Below, in pieces: positions 37,519 through 44,608 of a stretch of 64,000 nucleotides of DNA; position 1 is the first letter of the stretch, and the number at the start of each line of letters is the position of its first letter. Position numbers and translations under genes: made by a program. This DNA is from an uncultured virus (IMG/VR IMGVR_UViG_3300006802_013268) (Duplodnaviria; Heunggongvirae; Uroviricota; Caudoviricetes), in the IMG/VR virus record IMGVR_UViG_3300006802_013268; one strand, written 5' to 3'. The notes beneath the pieces are model-generated. The model ran no database searches. It was not told where the DNA came from and was given only the letters and a program-made list of their open reading frames with translations.

Positions 37519-37604
37519 TGGTGGAGGCGGTTAGACTTGAACTAACAATGCCATTCGGCGTCGGATTTACAGTCCGATGGGGTTACCAATTTTCCTACAC
37601 CTCC
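37519..37604 (-). tRNA. tRNA-Tyr (GTA)
   Basis: Anticodon arm TCGGA-CTGTAAA-TCCGA, long variable arm, GTTAG-TTCAAGT-CTAAC T-arm, encoded CCA. Confidence 0.95.
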
Positions 37605-37609
37605 AAGTT

Positions 37610-37692
37610 GATACAGTCGCCCCACCTACTAGAAACTCCCCGCGCTGTATCTGACGATCCTAATTTGTTAAGGAGAGAGTATATAGATCGTC
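37610..37692 (-). ncRNA. Candidate two-hairpin small RNA directly upstream of the tRNAs
   Basis: Stems GACGATC/GATCGTC (37653-59, 37686-92) and GATACAG/CTGTATC (37610-16, 37645-51) separated by 1 nt; no plausible ORF. Confidence 0.55.
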
Positions 37693-37705
37693 TTACCAAA
37701 CTGAA

Positions 37706-37870
37706 TTACTGAACTCCTTCTTCGATTTCAATCTCGTAATGACGTTTCAATTCATTGTACGCAGCAACGAGATCACGATAAGTTTCGCTGGTAAAAGACC
37801 ATCGATACTTCTCAAACTCACGAGCAAACGAACGAGACAAACGAATCTCTTCGTAGTACATATCTTCCAT
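37706..37870 (-). CDS. Small hypothetical protein (54 aa)
   Basis: Manual translation MEDMYYEEIRLSRSFARE...AYNELKRHY; TAATG-coupled. Confidence 0.6.
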   Translation of the reverse strand: MEDMYYEEIRLSRSFAREFEKYRWSFTSETYRDLVAAYNELKRHYEIEIEEGVQ

Positions 37871-38307
37871 TAACCTTTCCTCCATGCTTCGTAATCAACT
37901 TCATACTCTGCCATCAATTCGACAGCACGTTCTTCAGAATATCCAAGTTCCATTAAACGATTCACGAAAGAACTATCCTCAGAATAATCATGCAGTCTCC
38001 AATCACACAGAATGTTCAGTTCCGCTCGGGGATAAGACTTAGGATTAGGCATCGTTCTGGGAACAGGTTTCAACAACTCTTCAAGAACAGGCATCTTAGG
38101 ACGATAGTTAGCAATCAAAGTCTCTACTTGCTGCTTATACCCACGTGCAATTAATACATTCTTGAGGTAGTTGATCTCGCTAGCAACACGAAGACCTGCA
38201 TAATAGGCATCGCCATTCGCCATCTGAAAGTACCAGTCATGATTCGCACATGTATCTTTAAGATGATTCACGATGTGCATCGTGTGAGTTTCGTTGGTGA
38301 TTTGCAT
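37870..38307 (-). CDS. Hypothetical early protein
   Basis: 145 aa, HDWYF motif, TAATG-coupled. Confidence 0.65.
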   Translation of the reverse strand: MQITNETHTMHIVNHLKDTCANHDWYFQMANGDAYYAGLRVASEINYLKNVLIARGYKQQVETLIANYRPKMPVLEELLKPVPRTMPNPKSYPRAELNILCDWRLHDYSEDSSFVNRLMELGYSEERAVELMAEYEVDYEAWRKG

Positions 38308-38546
38308 TATGCTACCTCTTTCTTCTCGATAATGAGATCAAAATACTTGCGAAGTTCACGCTTGGTCATTTGACTATCACGATCCAAAAACTTGACGAGT
38401 ACTGTGAACTCTTTGGACGTTAATTTTTCGCCAAGTTCTAATCTGAACTTGTACTTATCAAGCGTGCTTTTCATCAAAGTATGCTCTTCCAATAGGAGAA
38501 AATCGAGATAACGAATCATCAACCTCCTAAGTTCTTTCTCCTTCAT
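38307..38546 (-). CDS. Hypothetical early protein
   Basis: Probable start MKEKEL at 38546, ATGA-coupled. Confidence 0.6.
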   Translation of the reverse strand: MKEKELRRLMIRYLDFLLLEEHTLMKSTLDKYKFRLELGEKLTSKEFTVLVKFLDRDSQMTKRELRKYFDLIIEKKEVA

Positions 38547-38704
38547 AGTACCCACCATGGTAAGATTGCCAACGCTGCCATGAACAAGAAGATTCCTAGC
38601 AAACCCACTGCACCACCAATGATTGCCATGAGTTCATCGCTTTCGCCGCGCAGCGTCGCCGGACGCTTATAAACCCCACCAACTTGATTCCTTGAATACT
38701 GCAT
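38543..38704 (-). CDS. Small membrane protein (53 aa)
   Basis: Manual translation MQYSRNQVGG...IIGGAVGLLGIFLFMAALAILPWWVL; strong AAGGAG RBS. Confidence 0.7.
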   Translation of the reverse strand: MQYSRNQVGGVYKRPATLRGESDELMAIIGGAVGLLGIFLFMAALAILPWWVL

Positions 38705-38733
38705 ATATCACTCTCCTTAACTTCTATGCCTTT

Positions 38734-38782
38734 ATTCTAACTGAATTCTAACGAAAAAGCAATCTATCGTAAGTTATTGAAT
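38734..38782 (-). promoter_or_regulatory. Early promoter with IHF-like box
   Basis: ATTCAATAACTTA-7 nt-TTGCTT-17 nt-TAGAAT. Confidence 0.75.
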
Positions 38783-38953
38783 TCCCAGATAATAATCCAA
38801 ATTCCTCACACGCTCAATGCCAGTACGATATGCTTCCAAGAATTCTTCTGAGACATTACCACCAAGCAAACTCAGAATCTCTTCATTAGACATGGATAGA
38901 TCCCATTTGCCTGAATCAAAGTCTTTCTTTGCTTGGTAATATCCAACGTCCAT
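38774..38953 (-). CDS. Small hypothetical early protein
   Basis: Probable start MDVGYYQAKKD at 38953; resembles 39206-39364. Confidence 0.6.
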   Translation of the reverse strand: MDVGYYQAKKDFDSGKWDLSMSNEEILSLLGGNVSEEFLEAYRTGIERVRNLDYYLGIQ

Positions 38954-38954
38954 A

Positions 38955-39137
38955 TTAGTTGATTGCTTTACCATCAAAACCCTGATTCCAGCGGTCTTCG
39001 ATTCTTCTCTTAGGTGAACCACCCTGTGCGGTGAATCCAATTCTGCGTAACTTCTTGGGTGCTACCACTGTTACCTTACCACCTTTTGCCAAGAATTCTG
39101 CCACTTGCTTTTCAATCTCAGTACTTGCTTTTTTCAC
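38955..39137 (-). CDS. Small early protein resembling the SutA RNA-polymerase-binding domain
   Basis: IEKQVAEFLAKGGKVTVVAP matches the EFLxxGGKV SutA-type motif. Confidence 0.6.
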   Translation of the reverse strand: MKKASTEIEKQVAEFLAKGGKVTVVAPKKLRRIGFTAQGGSPKRRIEDRWNQGFDGKAIN

Positions 39138-39165
39138 TATTTAACTCTCTATGATTTATGCTGTT

Positions 39166-39214
39166 ATTATACCATACACACACTGAAAAAGAAACCTACC
39201 CTAACTTATTGATT
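39166..39214 (-). promoter_or_regulatory. Early promoter with IHF box
   Basis: AATCAATAAGTTA-7 nt-TTTCTT-17 nt-TATAAT with extended -10 TG. Confidence 0.8.
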
Positions 39215-39364
39215 TTCCAGACCTTTTAGATAACCTTCAATATAGGACTCAGAAGGGTTCATCATTCCAATTAATATAGCACGCACCCTAACAGGATCAG
39301 TGGTTTCAACCCAACCTTCAGATAGGTCCAACTTAGCATCATTATAACCTTTTTCGAAATCCAT
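39206..39364 (-). CDS. Small hypothetical early protein (52 aa)
   Basis: Manual translation MDFEKGYNDAKLDLSEGW...SESYIEGYLKGLENQ; GGAG RBS. Confidence 0.65.
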   Translation of the reverse strand: MDFEKGYNDAKLDLSEGWVETTDPVRVRAILIGMMNPSESYIEGYLKGLENQ

Positions 39365-39390
39365 TATATACTCTCCATTCATGTGCTGAT

Positions 39391-39439
39391 ATTATACCAT
39401 ACAGTGGGGACAAATAAAATCTCGTACAAGTGCTTGTTT
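39391..39439 (-). promoter_or_regulatory. Early promoter with IHF-like box
   Basis: AAACAAGCACTTG-7 nt-TTTTAT-17 nt-TATAAT with extended -10 TG. Confidence 0.75.
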
Positions 39440-39592
39440 TTGCAGGAAAAAAAATTTTTATATTCGGGTCCCCCCAGTGAATTATGGTGTGGGATTGTAG
39501 AAAAGGGGGAACGGGACTCTAAGTAAAGCTCGAGGAAACGGGACTCCTACTTCAATTATAATCGGGTCCCTCCATTACCATACCATAGCATT

Positions 39593-39634
39593 AAAAAACC
39601 CCCAGAGGACGCATACGGAAGCGTCATGGGGGCA
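39593..39634 (-). terminator. Intrinsic terminator with long interrupted stem
   Basis: Minus strand CCCCCA-T-GACGC...GCGTC-CTC-TGGGGG then T6. Confidence 0.65.
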
Positions 39635-39651
39635 ACAGGAGTTATGTTATG

Positions 39652-39930
39652 TTATGCAAACTCTTCATAATATGCTTCAGTGAACACGTGATCCTCACTG
39701 AGTGCAGTCACACGACCTTCGTAATCAAACATGGTACGGAAGGGAACACGAATCTCAACACCCTCTTTCATACGAGCAGTATCGAATGCCGTATCCTTGA
39801 TGATAGTTTCGCCTTTGATGACATAGGCAAATTCTTCGATACGATCAATGGCACCTATGACATACTTATCGTCACGACCAGGAATTGGTTCGAACTCATA
39901 TGCTTTGATCAGATCACCGTTTCTTAACAT
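39652..39930 (-). CDS. Hypothetical early protein
   Basis: Probable start MLRNGDLIKAYEF after AAGGAG RBS. Confidence 0.7.
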   Translation of the reverse strand: MLRNGDLIKAYEFEPIPGRDDKYVIGAIDRIEEFAYVIKGETIIKDTAFDTARMKEGVEIRVPFRTMFDYEGRVTALSEDHVFTEAYYEEFA

Positions 39931-39957
39931 ATCTCTTTTCTCCTTAATCATGATGCT

Positions 39958-40006
39958 ATTATACCATACAGTGAGGGAAAAGAAAATCTATGCTAAGTCT
40001 TTGATT
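39958..40006 (-). promoter_or_regulatory. Early promoter with IHF box
   Basis: AATCAAAGACTTA-7 nt-TTTTCT-17 nt-TATAAT with extended -10 TG. Confidence 0.8.
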
Positions 40007-40316
40007 TGCTTACCTTTTTCTGTACTCGCCCATCAAAGAACAGTGGGATGTACCACCAAGGGGATCTCCATGAGGGATCATCTAATGCTGTCAAACGATA
40101 CTCCCACTCAGTGCCATGATCATCCACCCAGGTTATATGATACCCATGCCATGTCTTACTGGGATAAAATTTCAAATGCCCACCATGACGAATACGCTGC
40201 TCAAATGACCAAAACCAACAGTTGTTCTTATTAGATACCAATCGTGCGGGGAACCATGCTAATCCAAATATGAATAACATGACGAATGATACAATTGGTC
40301 GAGTTACTTGATCCAT
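39993..40316 (-). CDS. Hypothetical membrane-anchored Trp-rich protein
   Basis: N-terminal hydrophobic helix, overlaps the YbaN-like gene. Confidence 0.6.
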   Translation of the reverse strand: MDQVTRPIVSFVMLFIFGLAWFPARLVSNKNNCWFWSFEQRIRHGGHLKFYPSKTWHGYHITWVDDHGTEWEYRLTALDDPSWRSPWWYIPLFFDGRVQKKVSKSKT

Positions 40317-40711
40317 GCGATACGCTCTCCATTGGCCACTCTTCGATCATATTCCTCAGGTGATCCAGGATATCTCCATCCCCAAATACATACGAGCACC
40401 ATGGTGATTCCAGTATAGATTACTCCCTTAATAGGCACAGTGAAGTACATTATAATCAGTGATGATAACATCATGATTGCCATTAGATACTTTGCCCTAG
40501 TAGGAAAGACACGCTTCTGATTCCAATTGGTGATAAACGGACCAAACACACGGTGATTCATCAGATAATTGTGCATACGAGGTGAAGATTTAGCGAAACA
40601 AAATGCTGCTCCGAGTACGAAATGACTAAAGGGAATGCCAGGTGTCACCACGCCAATCCACGCAAATACGAGACAAATCCAACCACCTGCCATCCATGCA
40701 TATCTTTTCAT
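40304..40711 (-). CDS. YbaN / DUF454 family membrane protein
   Basis: IGVVTPGIP...AAFCFAKSSPRMHNYL..H..FGPFITNW...RAK. Confidence 0.88.
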   Translation of the reverse strand: MKRYAWMAGGWICLVFAWIGVVTPGIPFSHFVLGAAFCFAKSSPRMHNYLMNHRVFGPFITNWNQKRVFPTRAKYLMAIMMLSSLIIMYFTVPIKGVIYTGITMVLVCIWGWRYPGSPEEYDRRVANGERIAWIK

Positions 40712-40767
40712 TCTCTCTCTCGCTCCTATTTAAAATTTTACTGTAAATTACTGTACGATATATCGCT

Positions 40768-41376
40768 TTACGATAATCGATCCCATACACTCCAGTCTTC
40801 AGACCATTCTATATTATTCTTAGTTGCTAGTCTTAGTACCATTCTCACTGTAGGTTCATTCGTATAGTTCTCCACTCTATGTATTTGGGATATATTAAGC
40901 AGATACATTGTGTCTAGAATATAGGAAGAATGTAGTGTTAGTTTAGATGCATCAAATAGAATGGGATTGTCTGCTATTTTGTTTAGTGATGCATTTAATG
41001 GTGCAGAGACTTGGTGTTCTGTAGTGAAGGAATACAGATTCGTTGGTGTTGAGGAATTACAATTAGAAATTGGCAGTACAAGAGATAGATTAGCAAGTTT
41101 GTGGTCTATGTGTGCGAGAGGAACTGAATGTGTAGTCCAGTTATTACCAAATGAGAATAGACCATAGTGTGATATTTCAATGCAATGAGTTTCTAGGTAG
41201 TTTACGAGTGAAGGAATAGGAATAGGAGCAATGCGTGTTGATCGAATAAGTGCAGGTGTGGGGAGAGGTAAGTACGGTTCCCAGTAAGATTGCGCGTCAG
41301 AGAGGATTGTGGGATCTACAGTCAGACGTTTGAAGTAGAGATTATCGTATGGTCTCGGTGAATTTAGTGATATCAT
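40768..41376 (-). CDS. Cupin/2OG-Fe(II) oxygenase-like protein
   Basis: AHID, LVLPI, LLNISQIHRVEN, RMVL: HxD...H...R layout. Confidence 0.55.
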   Translation of the reverse strand: MISLNSPRPYDNLYFKRLTVDPTILSDAQSYWEPYLPLPTPALIRSTRIAPIPIPSLVNYLETHCIEISHYGLFSFGNNWTTHSVPLAHIDHKLANLSLVLPISNCNSSTPTNLYSFTTEHQVSAPLNASLNKIADNPILFDASKLTLHSSYILDTMYLLNISQIHRVENYTNEPTVRMVLRLATKNNIEWSEDWSVWDRLS

Positions 41377-42008
41377 GGTCTCGGAAATAGTATATTTGAC
41401 ATAAAATGCGTTGCATGCTCTGCTGAAGATAGATGAGCAGTCAATGCAGCGTGTGTTCGTGGGTTTGCTGCTTGTTCAATGCAGTAATTATCCTGCTTGT
41501 CAATAATGTATTGTCGGTCAAATTTGCTTGTAACAGGCACTGCAGATCTTAATTCACGCAAATATCGATCAAATGATAGGAGTGCAAAGGTGAGCAGATT
41601 AGTATATTCTGTTGGTCTTTGCGCAATAAACGAGTTGGAAAATATGTATGCCCAGGGTGGAAGTATTCTATTCTGCTCGTGATGTGATGTGTCATGCCAG
41701 GATTTATCAATCAGAGTGGGTGACCAATCAAGAAATAGACCAGAAACAGTGTTCGTTTTCGTTGATCCTACAACATCAAATCCAAATATGGGTGTGGGAT
41801 ATTCTACGTGTGGAAGTACAACAACATGCAGTACAGTGAGTGCGTCATGATTGAACACCTCAACGTGTGCTTGTCTAAATTTTGGTGAGGTGTAACGATA
41901 ATTCTCCCAGTTGTAACCACTGGTCGGAATAAACTCAGACTCCGGAAAGTTCCTTATCATTTCGTGCATTCTCATCGAGATATGCTTCAATTCTGTCTTT
42001 AACTTCAA
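41373..42008 (-). CDS. Ferredoxin-dependent bilin reductase (PcyA/PcyX-like)
   Basis: WEN..Y.SPKFRQAHVE, LHVVVLP, PIFGFDVV, FLDWSP, LPPWAYIFS, QDNYC..Q..NPRT, ILFP. Confidence 0.9.
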   Translation of the reverse strand: MKLKTELKHISMRMHEMIRNFPESEFIPTSGYNWENYRYTSPKFRQAHVEVFNHDALTVLHVVVLPHVEYPTPIFGFDVVGSTKTNTVSGLFLDWSPTLIDKSWHDTSHHEQNRILPPWAYIFSNSFIAQRPTEYTNLLTFALLSFDRYLRELRSAVPVTSKFDRQYIIDKQDNYCIEQAANPRTHAALTAHLSSAEHATHFMSNILFPRP

Positions 42009-42513
42009 AATACATTCCTAATTCTTTTGCTATTTCAATCTGCCAACGGAATCCATATTTGACCTCTAATATGAAATTATCTGTATCCTCGCAGACTTCT
42101 TCTCGTATATATCGCTTTCCCGCTTGCAGGTCTTCAAACTCATAAATCTGCATCGGAAAGTTTGGATATCTGCGCTTCATAATCTGTCCACCAAACATCA
42201 GTCCCATGTAGTTGAGATAAATGTGTGGACGCTTGTCCTCGCAAATAGTCTCTAAATGAGTTGCATATCCCAGAGCAGCAGGTGGTACATTCATTCTGCC
42301 GCCCAATCGATCTAGATCATAACAGATGTATGGAAGACGACGCAACTCAGCAGGTACATGTATGTCAAGACATGAGAATATTTCATATTGTACCGAGAGA
42401 TATGCCTGTCGCTCATCTCGTGTTTGCTCGCTGCGAAACATCTTCTGATTGAATGATTGAAGTTCAAGATCTTCGTGTAATTTCTTTGTTGCTGCTCGAA
42501 TAATCTCGGACAT
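41935..42513 (-). CDS. Heme oxygenase (HemO/Ho1-like)
   Basis: ATKKLHEDLE proximal His, HIYLNYMGLMFGGQIM distal helix. Confidence 0.9.
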   Translation of the reverse strand: MSEIIRAATKKLHEDLELQSFNQKMFRSEQTRDERQAYLSVQYEIFSCLDIHVPAELRRLPYICYDLDRLGGRMNVPPAALGYATHLETICEDKRPHIYLNYMGLMFGGQIMKRRYPNFPMQIYEFEDLQAGKRYIREEVCEDTDNFILEVKYGFRWQIEIAKELGMYFEVKDRIEAYLDENARNDKELSGV

Positions 42514-43196
42514 TATGCCTCCAATCTGGTGTAGTATTTATTGATGGTGTCTCTTAATTTTGGTACCCATTTGTCTCTTTTTTCAACAAATACCTGACAT
42601 CCTGGTCCTGAGTAATGCATATCGTCTACAGCAACAATCGTTATCAGTTGGGTGATAGGCATTCCGGTACGCTCTTCCCACATAATGGCATATGCTGCTT
42701 CTTGACAGTAGTAGGACTCGATGTACTTTGGCTGTTTTGCTTTTCGACTGGTTTTGAAGTCAATGATTGATATCTTTCCGTCAAATTCAGCAACACAATC
42801 GACACGCCCAGCAACGCGTAGATGGTCAGAATAGAGCGGAAGTTCTTGCCCATAAATTGTACCAATGCTTTCATCTAAAACTCCGCGAATCGTCCGAAAA
42901 GAATCAAAGATATCAGGTGTATAACCATCCATGTAATTGGGATCATTATCCAAATACTTTTCGACCACACTATGAACCGCAGTACCTCTTCTACTAGCAC
43001 GGACAGATATTTTGTTAGCTTCTTCATCTCCTACTCTCGCTCTCCACTCAGCGATGCCTTCTTCGCTGAGTATTGATAAAACAGTTGTGATTGATGGATA
43101 TGCATTGCCATCAGGCGTGTTGTATTTTCTACCTGTTTGCTTGGTTTCTGATACTAAATCATCATATCCAAGGTCAATCGGATCATGTTTAAACAA
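42513..43196 (-). CDS. PD-(D/E)XK exonuclease of T4-like marine phages
   Basis: YPSITTVL, RGTAVH, AGRVDC, IIDFKTS, Q..AYA. Confidence 0.9.
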   Translation of the reverse strand: MFKHDPIDLGYDDLVSETKQTGRKYNTPDGNAYPSITTVLSILSEEGIAEWRARVGDEEANKISVRASRRGTAVHSVVEKYLDNDPNYMDGYTPDIFDSFRTIRGVLDESIGTIYGQELPLYSDHLRVAGRVDCVAEFDGKISIIDFKTSRKAKQPKYIESYYCQEAAYAIMWEERTGMPITQLITIVAVDDMHYSGPGCQVFVEKRDKWVPKLRDTINKYYTRLEA

Positions 43197-43956
43197 GTCC
43201 TGTTCCTTTCAGTTTGTTGATTGATTTCTTTGGAACTTTCATAGAGAACAGTTCTTCTGTTGTTAATAAACTCAAATTGACTTCTTCTTCAGGATCAGCG
43301 TCATCTTTCTTCTGATACGAAGTCAAAGAATCATTATACACTTTGACAGATACGTTATCAAGCTTAGATATTTTCAAAGCATCGTGATTGTGGTGTAGTA
43401 TGAACTGTGTATCTTTAAACTCTTTGAATATGCCTTCCCAAACAGGACGCCAGATATTCAACAGTCTGTAGTTGTTGCTGTCGCTGCGATCACTGGACAG
43501 ATATACATCTGTGATTGACCTCATATTAAAATCAAACAGCGTGTCAAACCCATACAGATGCACCTCTGTTGCTTTGTGTTTACCACAAACATAATGCACT
43601 GCCATATGCCCGCAATTGAAATTGGTTGCTGCTTGCGCTGATCCAACACGACCACAGTATGGTGGGACAGTGAGATAAAACTCTTTGATGTTTGCTGCAT
43701 ACTTCAGATAGAATGCACTGCGTTCATACATCCAGATTCTAGGGCGATTGCCCAACACCCACATGTATTGATTAATAGAGATTGATCCTTCAGTCAGTGC
43801 TGCCATCATTTTGAAGTCAACCATACAAGTGGCATAAACTTGTTTCGGGTCAACCTCAAATGGAGGCATATTGCACAACAATATCCTACCATCAGAATCT
43901 CTTTCGTGGAAATATTGTGCGTGGTCACCATTTCCTAAGATGTGCCATTTACTCAT
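43189..43956 (-). CDS. Putative glycosyltransferase-like protein (sialyltransferase/Maf-type GNG...GFD layout)
   Basis: ILGNG, LLCN, NCGHMA, EVHLYGFD. Confidence 0.55.
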   Translation of the reverse strand: MSKWHILGNGDHAQYFHERDSDGRILLCNMPPFEVDPKQVYATCMVDFKMMAALTEGSISINQYMWVLGNRPRIWMYERSAFYLKYAANIKEFYLTVPPYCGRVGSAQAATNFNCGHMAVHYVCGKHKATEVHLYGFDTLFDFNMRSITDVYLSSDRSDSNNYRLLNIWRPVWEGIFKEFKDTQFILHHNHDALKISKLDNVSVKVYNDSLTSYQKKDDADPEEEVNLSLLTTEELFSMKVPKKSINKLKGTGLV

Positions 43957-44608
43957 TATAAATCAATTTCCTTATTTCCAGTTTGCCTTGTTGCCCAGTC
44001 CAGTGTATGCATTTCTTGTTTGGGTCGTCCTGTCCATCAAGAATTTGTATACGCAACCAATTGTATATATTGGGAACTTCGCTAATATATCTGAGTCGAC
44101 CAATTCCTTGCCCAACCATGGGATGCAACACTTCCTGATCTCCCCTGCTAGGATTTAGAGCACAACGCTCTGCCCACATTTTAAGAATGAGTGGTTTGTT
44201 GCGAAACACTACAATTCCAGAGTTATGCCAAGTTTCCTGTTGGCGAATAGTCCATGGATTGTCTCGAACCATTCCCAACTTTTCATCCTCTATGTAATTG
44301 AAGACACCACTCATGTCTTTTAACACTTGTATGTCAGTGTCAATCCAACACGTCTCGTCAGCATCTGCTTTGAGCATTGCTTTAGGTTTAAGAAACCAAC
44401 CATTTGCAAATTGTTTGGGAACATCAATTATGTCATCAACTTTCCTAGTTAGAAACATCTTCTTTCTAAGATCGGGAGACATACCGAAATCTGCGAGTAT
44501 AATTGGTGTAGAAGTGTGCTTCTTGAAATTTTTAATAAACCATTCAAGTTGCCATTCAGTGTTTTCGTCGCATCCTGTTATGAATGCTTGTTTAAATTTA
44601 CTCATCAA
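43949..44608 (-). CDS. Glycosyltransferase (GT8-like)
   Basis: WIDTD, NSGIV, GDQEVL, YNW, IHWTG. Confidence 0.78.
   Translation of the reverse strand: MMSKFKQAFITGCDENTEWQLEWFIKNFKKHTSTPIILADFGMSPDLRKKMFLTRKVDDIIDVPKQFANGWFLKPKAMLKADADETCWIDTDIQVLKDMSGVFNYIEDEKLGMVRDNPWTIRQQETWHNSGIVVFRNKPLILKMWAERCALNPSRGDQEVLHPMVGQGIGRLRYISEVPNIYNWLRIQILDGQDDPNKKCIHWTGQQGKLEIRKLIYNE

Noticed and set aside
37667..37690. Plus-strand RBS (AAGGAG) for a small gene
   Set aside because: No ATG/GTG/TTG at usable spacing, and the sequence lies in a hairpin loop antisense to local transcription.
37437..37712. 91 aa plus-strand ORF
   Set aside because: It is the reverse complement of two tRNA genes.
41373..42513. 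Evidence that the phage is a cyanophage
   Set aside because: Heme oxygenase/bilin reductase pairs also occur in non-cyanobacterial phages; no psbA, hli, cpeT or petF in the window. The host cannot be settled from this window alone.
42513..43196. Cas4 / CRISPR adaptation gene
   Set aside because: PD-(D/E)XK fold without the Cas4 four-Cys cluster pattern, no array or other cas genes; this exonuclease is routine in marine T4-like phages.
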